Of a stretch of DNA of 64,000 nt, positions 59,480 to 64,000 are shown piece after piece. A program made the position numbers and the translations under genes. How positions within the stretch are numbered: the first letter of the stretch is position 1; every line of letters begins with the position of its first letter. The notes under the pieces are model-generated. The model had not been told where the DNA came from. It did no database searches and worked only from the letters and a program-made list of their open reading frames with translations. Source of the stretch: an uncultured Candidatus Peribacteria bacterium (GTDB taxonomy: Bacteria > Patescibacteriota > Gracilibacteria > BD1-5 > UBA2023); NCBI GenBank assembly GCA_964553745.1, contig CAZKLD010000007.1:9463-73462 (forward strand). Reading direction: 5' to 3'.

Positions 59480-60934
59480 ATGACAAGATTAAGAACCAAT
59501 GAAAAACCAAGCAACCTTTCTGGAATGTTTTTGCCTCTTCTTATCGCCCTGATCGTAATAATCCTGATTATCAGAGCTTTTTTTTGAGGATCTGGGACGG
59601 ATGCGAACAAACATATAAATGAATGATTTGTTAATGTAACGCCTAATCAGGAAAAATCAGAGATATTCATCTACATGTCATGAGACTCGAGCAAACAGAT
59701 TGACGGAAGTACAAAAATGTATCCGACCGATTCAAAAATGGAAGTTAAGAGCTGAGAAGCTAAGATTACTCTAGAATGAAGCAATGCAAAGATATATGTC
59801 AATAAGCTCTGAGAGCTGAAGTATGATTGAAAGAACGCAAGTTGAGAGAATTTTACAGTGAACAATTGAGATATTTGGATCGAGACTGACAATGCGCCAT
59901 CTAAATTCATCACTAGAAACTTTTCTGTGACAAGCAATTGAGCCTGAGTATTCTCTTTCAGCCAAAATCTTATGGCATCATCCATTTATGTCTTAAAATG
60001 AGAAGTCAGCATTACACCCATAACAGACAAGACCGACGTTCTTCCATCTAATATCTGAGTATGACAAAAGCTGACAATCCTGAACACAGATCTTAATGCA
60101 GAGAATTTTAAAGTAGATGAAAAAATCGAACCGATTGATGATATATTCAAAGAATCTGATTTCTTCACAAAGCATAATTGAATGAGTTATCTGAACGCAT
60201 GATCTGGTGCAGAAACTTGAACTTGAACAGACGTGAGCTCTTGAAGTGGATGATCTCTAGTGAAGTGAGGTAAGAACATAATTATAACTTACCCTGAAGA
60301 TGAGGCGACTGTGGAGTGAAATACTTTAAATATAGAAGGAAAGATATCTTCGTCAAATGTCGAGAAGATCACCCTTAATGACAAAGAAGCGAGCTTAAAC
60401 AAAGAAGAGAAGACTTTTGTTGCAAAAGATTTCACATTGACAGACACCATAAACAATATCGTATATAAAGCTTATGATAAGGACGGTAACATGATAACAA
60501 AATGAGTCTTAACAGTCTATACTACCTCAAAAGATAAGGCAAAAGCCGACCAAGAAAAACCGACAGTAACTACATATCCTCTGTCAAGCAAGGATTTCAG
60601 GATATTCTTGCCAGCCGAGAACCCATACAAGACAACCGATAATCTGGTGAAAATCGCATGATCTATCAATAAGTGAGCAGTAAAATTCATCACGATAAAT
60701 GATTTCAGATTGACGAAATTCCCTCAATATTCCACTAATTGGTACTACTTCGCAAATAAGGATTATGGAACGATGAATGATTGAATCAATCTATATACGA
60801 TAAAATATTACTGAAAAGAAGATGAGCTCTTATATACAAGCCTATTCACAATAGTCAAAGAGCCATCTTGAAGCGATAGCGATTCTAGCACTAGCTCATG
60901 AAGCTCTTCTTCATGAAGTTCAACTAATGGATAA
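59480..60934 (+). CDS. Membrane-anchored protein with FecR-like and Ig-like segments, Ser/Gly-rich C-terminus
   Basis: MTRLRTNEKPSNLSGMFLPLLIALIVIILIIRAFF TM. SEIFIYMSGDSSKQIDGSTKMYPTDSKMEVKSGEAKITLEGSNAKIYVNKLGELKY. Ends ..EPSGSDSDSSTSSGSSSSGSSTNG; TAA 60932-60934. Confidence 0.65.
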
Positions 60935-60938
60935 ATTT

Positions 60939-61571
60939 ATGGTAAAAAGGAGATGAAATTCGATTGCAGAGGTAATTATAATCATAACTATCCTTACTTT
61001 TTGATTGGTGTGAGCATACAGTGTCCTTAATAGCGGGCAGAAACTCTCTATCTCAACTGAAAACAGGATCAAGTGAACCAATATCGCAAGAGAATGAATC
61101 GAAATAATGCAGAACATAAGAGATTCGAATTGGATTAAATTTTCAAGCGACTATACGCATTGCTGGAATGTGAGAGCGTACAATTCATCATGCATATGAA
61201 CAGATAATACCAATTGAATAGCTGCCCAATCGTACACTTTGAGCTTTACAGGATGATTATGGCACCCAATTCAGTCTACATCATGAGCATTGCCTTTCAA
61301 TACAGCCTATAGAAACGACTTTTATGTCAATATAGATGCGAATTGACTGATCAGTCAGGATTCTATGATTACCACACCCTGCTCAGCATCCTTAAGCAAG
61401 AACTGCAGAACAATCTTTACTAGGCAGATTACAGTAAGTTATCCGGATGGAAGCATATCAACCAAAAGGATGAAAGTCAACAGCATCGTCAAATGGGTTG
61501 ATAATGCTAGTTCTTGAGTGAATGTTATCAATCTTCAGACAATTCTGACTAATTGGAGAGAGGATATTTAA
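60939..61571 (+). CDS. Pilin-like / pseudopilin protein (prepilin-type N-terminus)
   Basis: MVKRRGNSIAEVIIIITILTFGLVGAYSVLNSGQKLSISTENRIKGTNIAREGIEIMQNIRDSNW: Gly then a hydrophobic helix with Glu at +5; TAA 61569-61571; terminator follows. Confidence 0.7.
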
Positions 61572-61584
61572 ATTAAAACAAGAA

Positions 61585-61621
61585 TAAAAAAAACCTCATC
61601 CCACAGGATGAGGTTTTTTTG
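61585..61621. terminator. Bidirectional terminator
   Basis: aaaaaaaAACCTCATCCcacaGGATGAGGTTtttttt. Confidence 0.85.
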
Positions 61622-61626
61622 ATTCT

Positions 61627-62103
61627 TTAATCCAACTTCTTCTGGATTTCTATTTTTTTGATATTATTCCTGTTCACAAGAAGTATTCTGTTGATGTTCG
61701 GCTGAATCAAGGGGATGAAACTCTTATTCTCAAATAGATGCTTGATTTTAATAACGCCTCACATATCGATCTCTCACTGGAACTTTTGTCAATTCACCAG
61801 TTCTATTGTAACGTTTTCATTTTCTGGATTGATGATTTCATCATTCTTGATAAGTCAAAGAGTTACATACTGAATTGAGTTTTTTGCCAATATGCTGTCA
61901 GTTCAGAAAGAATTCGCATACTCCAGAAAAAGATCATTATTATTCATAAGATCAGATACCCTATTAACCAGTCAATGGGAGGGGCTGATAGTTCAATTTT
62001 CATATTTATTGCGGCTCCTTATGAATCACTCTTCATCGATTATATTATCGATATAAGTGATTATGACAGACACTCATGTGTTGCCGATATTGATTTCATC
62101 CAT
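61627..62103 (-). CDS. Hypothetical cytoplasmic protein (158 aa)
   Basis: cat 62101-62103 to tta 61627-61629. MDEINIGNTGVSVIITYIDNIIDEEGFIRS..VTIELVNGQKFQGEIDMGGVIKIKHLFENKSFIPLIQ..; no family recognised. Confidence 0.55.
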
Positions 62104-62181
62104 AATATGAAATTATTGATAAAAGAAATTTATCAGATGTTATCATAAATAATCTAAATTACAAGCAACAAGATTGCAAAT

Positions 62182-62214
62182 AAAAAAATCAGATGCTGGG
62201 GCATCTGATTTTTA
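62182..62214. terminator. Terminator downstream of the rluD-like gene
   Basis: aaaaaaATCAGATGCtgggGCATCTGATtttt. Confidence 0.8.
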
Positions 62215-62217
62215 TAA

Positions 62218-63153
62218 TTATATGAATTTGATCAAAGAATATATTTCTTTCAGATCATCCTTAAGCTCTCAAAGGAAAGAATATTTTACTGATGATAATT
62301 CAAAAGATAGCTTCCAAGCGTGCAAATATTGCCTTCTCAATCAATATATGTCATGGAATTCCTTATTGACAGCATCTCGTCAGTAGGTCTTGTCTCATAC
62401 GAGAGGATGGCCTATCGAAGCAAAATGAACTCTTATCTGATGCGTTCTTCATGTGAGCAGGTCAACTTCTACAAGCGTAAATTTATTCTCAAGATAACCT
62501 AATACTTTAAATTGGGTCTTTGCCAGTTTTGGATTAACAGGATTTGTGACAGTTATTATCTTTCTATCATTCTGATCACGTCAGATATAGGATTCGATGT
62601 ATCATTCCTTTTCTTTGATGACTCATATTACAAGCGCAAGATAGGTCTTTTTTACCTGACGTTTATTCATCCTGATTTGAATTTCATGCATAGCCCTGTC
62701 GCTCTTTGCAATTATGATCAGTCCGGAAGTATCTTTATCAAGTCTGTGGACAATTCATGGTCGTTCTACTCAACCGATGACAGAAAGTCATTTCATATGA
62801 TATAGAAGAGCATTGACGAGCGTTCATGATTTTCATCAAAAGCCTGGGACTTCATGGACATTCAAATAAGGATCTTTGTTGATGATTGCGAACTCATTGT
62901 TCTGGAAAACTATGTCGAGTGGGATATTTTCAGCGATAAGCTCGGATTTTTCAGTCTCAAAAACAATCTCGATCTTATCTTTTGGCTTTACTTTGTCTCA
63001 TTTTGAAGCAAGCTTGTCATTTATCTTTACGCATCATTTTTCGATGAGCTTCTGCATATAGCTGCGAGTCTTGTCCCTGAAAAGAGTCGATATGAACATA
63101 TCGACTCTTCTTTGTTCTTTTGGATGCAGCAGCGCGCAGAAACTAGTATGCAT
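62218..63153 (-). CDS. rluD: RluA-family (RluD-type) 23S rRNA pseudouridine synthase
   Basis: S4-like RRVDMFISTLFRDKTRSYMQKLIEKGCVKINDK. Catalytic GIVHRLDKDTSGLIIIAK; ..[34 protein letters not shown]; cat 63151-63153, tta 62218-62220. Confidence 0.88.
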
Positions 63154-63164
63154 AAATAAAAAAT

Positions 63165-63656
63165 TTAAATTTTCTTCCAGACTCACAGTTCTTCTCATTT
63201 CAGTTTCTTATCAAGCATCTCTATCTCTTCATAGATTCACTCGATAAGCTCATAATTTTTGGATTCTTCAAGAGTTACCCATGCATAGTCCGTCAGAGCA
63301 GGACATAGTGATACTTCTCATCAAGCATAATCGGCGTATAGGCTAATTATGATAGTCGGGATGTTATCAGGACGCATATAAGCAATGCTAGTAACATATC
63401 AGATATTCTTCACTTCAAGCGAAGTCTCTTCCAACACTTCCCTTCTCAGTACATTTTCAAATATGTTATACCAATGATCTCCTGTGTCTTTCGGTCTTGT
63501 TGCATACTCATCCATTTCAAGCTTTCCTCCTGGAACAGTCCAAAGGTTGGGAAAAGCTTTTTCATCAGAAGACCTTTTCGCTATGAGATATTTTCAATCT
63601 TTAACAATGATTCATGTAACTACTAGATAGTGGGCTTTTTGAGGATCGTAACTCAT
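63165..63656 (-). CDS. NUDIX hydrolase
   Basis: MSYDPQKAHYLVVTGIIVKDGKYLIAKRS..LWTVPGGKLEMDE..VLRREVLEETSL; cat 63654-63656, tta 63165-63167. Confidence 0.8.
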
Positions 63657-63680
63657 AGTTTGAAAATTTTAAAGGGATAA

Positions 63681-64000
63681 TTAATTGAAATCAGAAACGA
63701 AAACATTTACGGCAGGTATAGTATTTATATTTTCAGTAACATCAAAAAGACTTTGGCCTTCTGAATTCTTTGGGTTAGTCAGGAAATTCATAATCTTATC
63801 TTCATCAGTCAATCCTGCAGCAAGAATCTTGTTGTAAAGATTGGTCTTTGTAGGAGCGTAAGCAGAAGCAGATACGTTCTTTAAGAAATTGTCGATTTCA
63901 AATCCGGCTTCAAATGCTCCGGCTGACATATGTACGCAGTTGAAAGAGATTGAAACTTCTTTCAGTCCGTATTTTTCCTTATTTGCAAAGAATTCACCCC
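63681..64000 (-). CDS. Hypothetical protein, C-terminal part (gene continues beyond the window edge)
   Basis: Minus frame open from 64000 down to stop tta 63681-63683. ..GEFFANKEKYGLKEVSISFNCVHMSAGAFEAGFEIDNFLKNVSASAYAPTKTNLYNKILAAGLTDEDKI..; family not recognised. Confidence 0.6.
   Translation of the reverse strand, partial: GEFFANKEKYGLKEVSISFNCVHMSAGAFEAGFEIDNFLKNVSASAYAPTKTNLYNKILAAGLTDEDKIMNFLTNPKNSEGQSLFDVTENINTIPAVNVFVSDFN

Noticed and set aside
1-64000. Most ORFs in the supplied six-frame track (e.g. 9116-9673 -, 15809-16489 -, 16629-17267 +, 18342-19016 +, 25655-26077 -, 49946-50389 -)
   Set aside because: They were computed with TGA as stop. They lie antisense to, or out of frame with, the long table-25 ORFs, and their translations are low-complexity with no motifs. 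The few in-frame ones (11079, 12909, 19673, 32763, 38084, 46991, 48860, 53729) are internal fragments of the real genes.
1-64000. TGA = tryptophan (table 4, Mycoplasma/Spiroplasma-type) as the explanation
   Set aside because: TGA aligns with invariant Gly positions (L19 EG motif, Nudix PGG). It is also interleaved with GGN codons in poly-Gly linkers at 15390-15419 and 17318-17356. Trp would make no sense at those positions.
1-64000. tRNA, rRNA, tmRNA, RNase P or SRP RNA genes
   Set aside because: I scanned the intergenic regions by eye for T-loop GTTCGAATC-type motifs and for the conserved cores of these RNAs and found none. A covariance-model scan is still needed for certainty.

Overview
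AT-rich, gene-dense bacterial chromosome segment that is only coherent when TGA is read as glycine (translation table 25, the code known from Gracilibacteria/BD1-5 and Absconditabacteria/SR1 in the CPR/Patescibacteria). Under the standard code the supplied ORF track is fragmented, and most of its ORFs are antisense shadows of the real genes. With TGA=Gly and only TAA/TAG as stops, I hand-translated 51 CDS covering roughly 90 percent of the window. Every start/stop pair was checked for length divisible by 3 and anchored to the ORF-track coordinates where possible. Layout: (1) 1-19168 is a cell-surface island. It holds a repetitive adhesin (5' partial), a 2536-aa secreted giant protein, a four-gene cassette of small secreted or anchored proteins that resembles Csc/WxL loci, and two convergent proteins with triple SLH domains. 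(2) 19505-28067 holds rplS, a type IV pilin followed by a LamG ORF in an overlapping frame, and a 2199-aa alpha-2-macroglobulin with a CIEQ thioester motif. (3) The rest is mostly housekeeping (rbfA, ftsQ-like, lspA, pheT, nrdR, rnr, nusA, rplI, ruvX, uppS, rluD-like). Interspersed are cell-wall enzymes (Amidase_2-SpoIID fusion, 3D + PG-binding protein), a VirB2-like small pilin operon, a PriA C-terminal-only ORF, an HD-GYP-like 1049-aa protein, a stand-alone receiver, three Nudix hydrolases and a second pilin-like gene. Many operons end in strong, often bidirectional, hairpin terminators. I recognised no rRNA, tRNA, CRISPR array, transposase or integrase. Product calls come from motif recognition by eye, not database searches.
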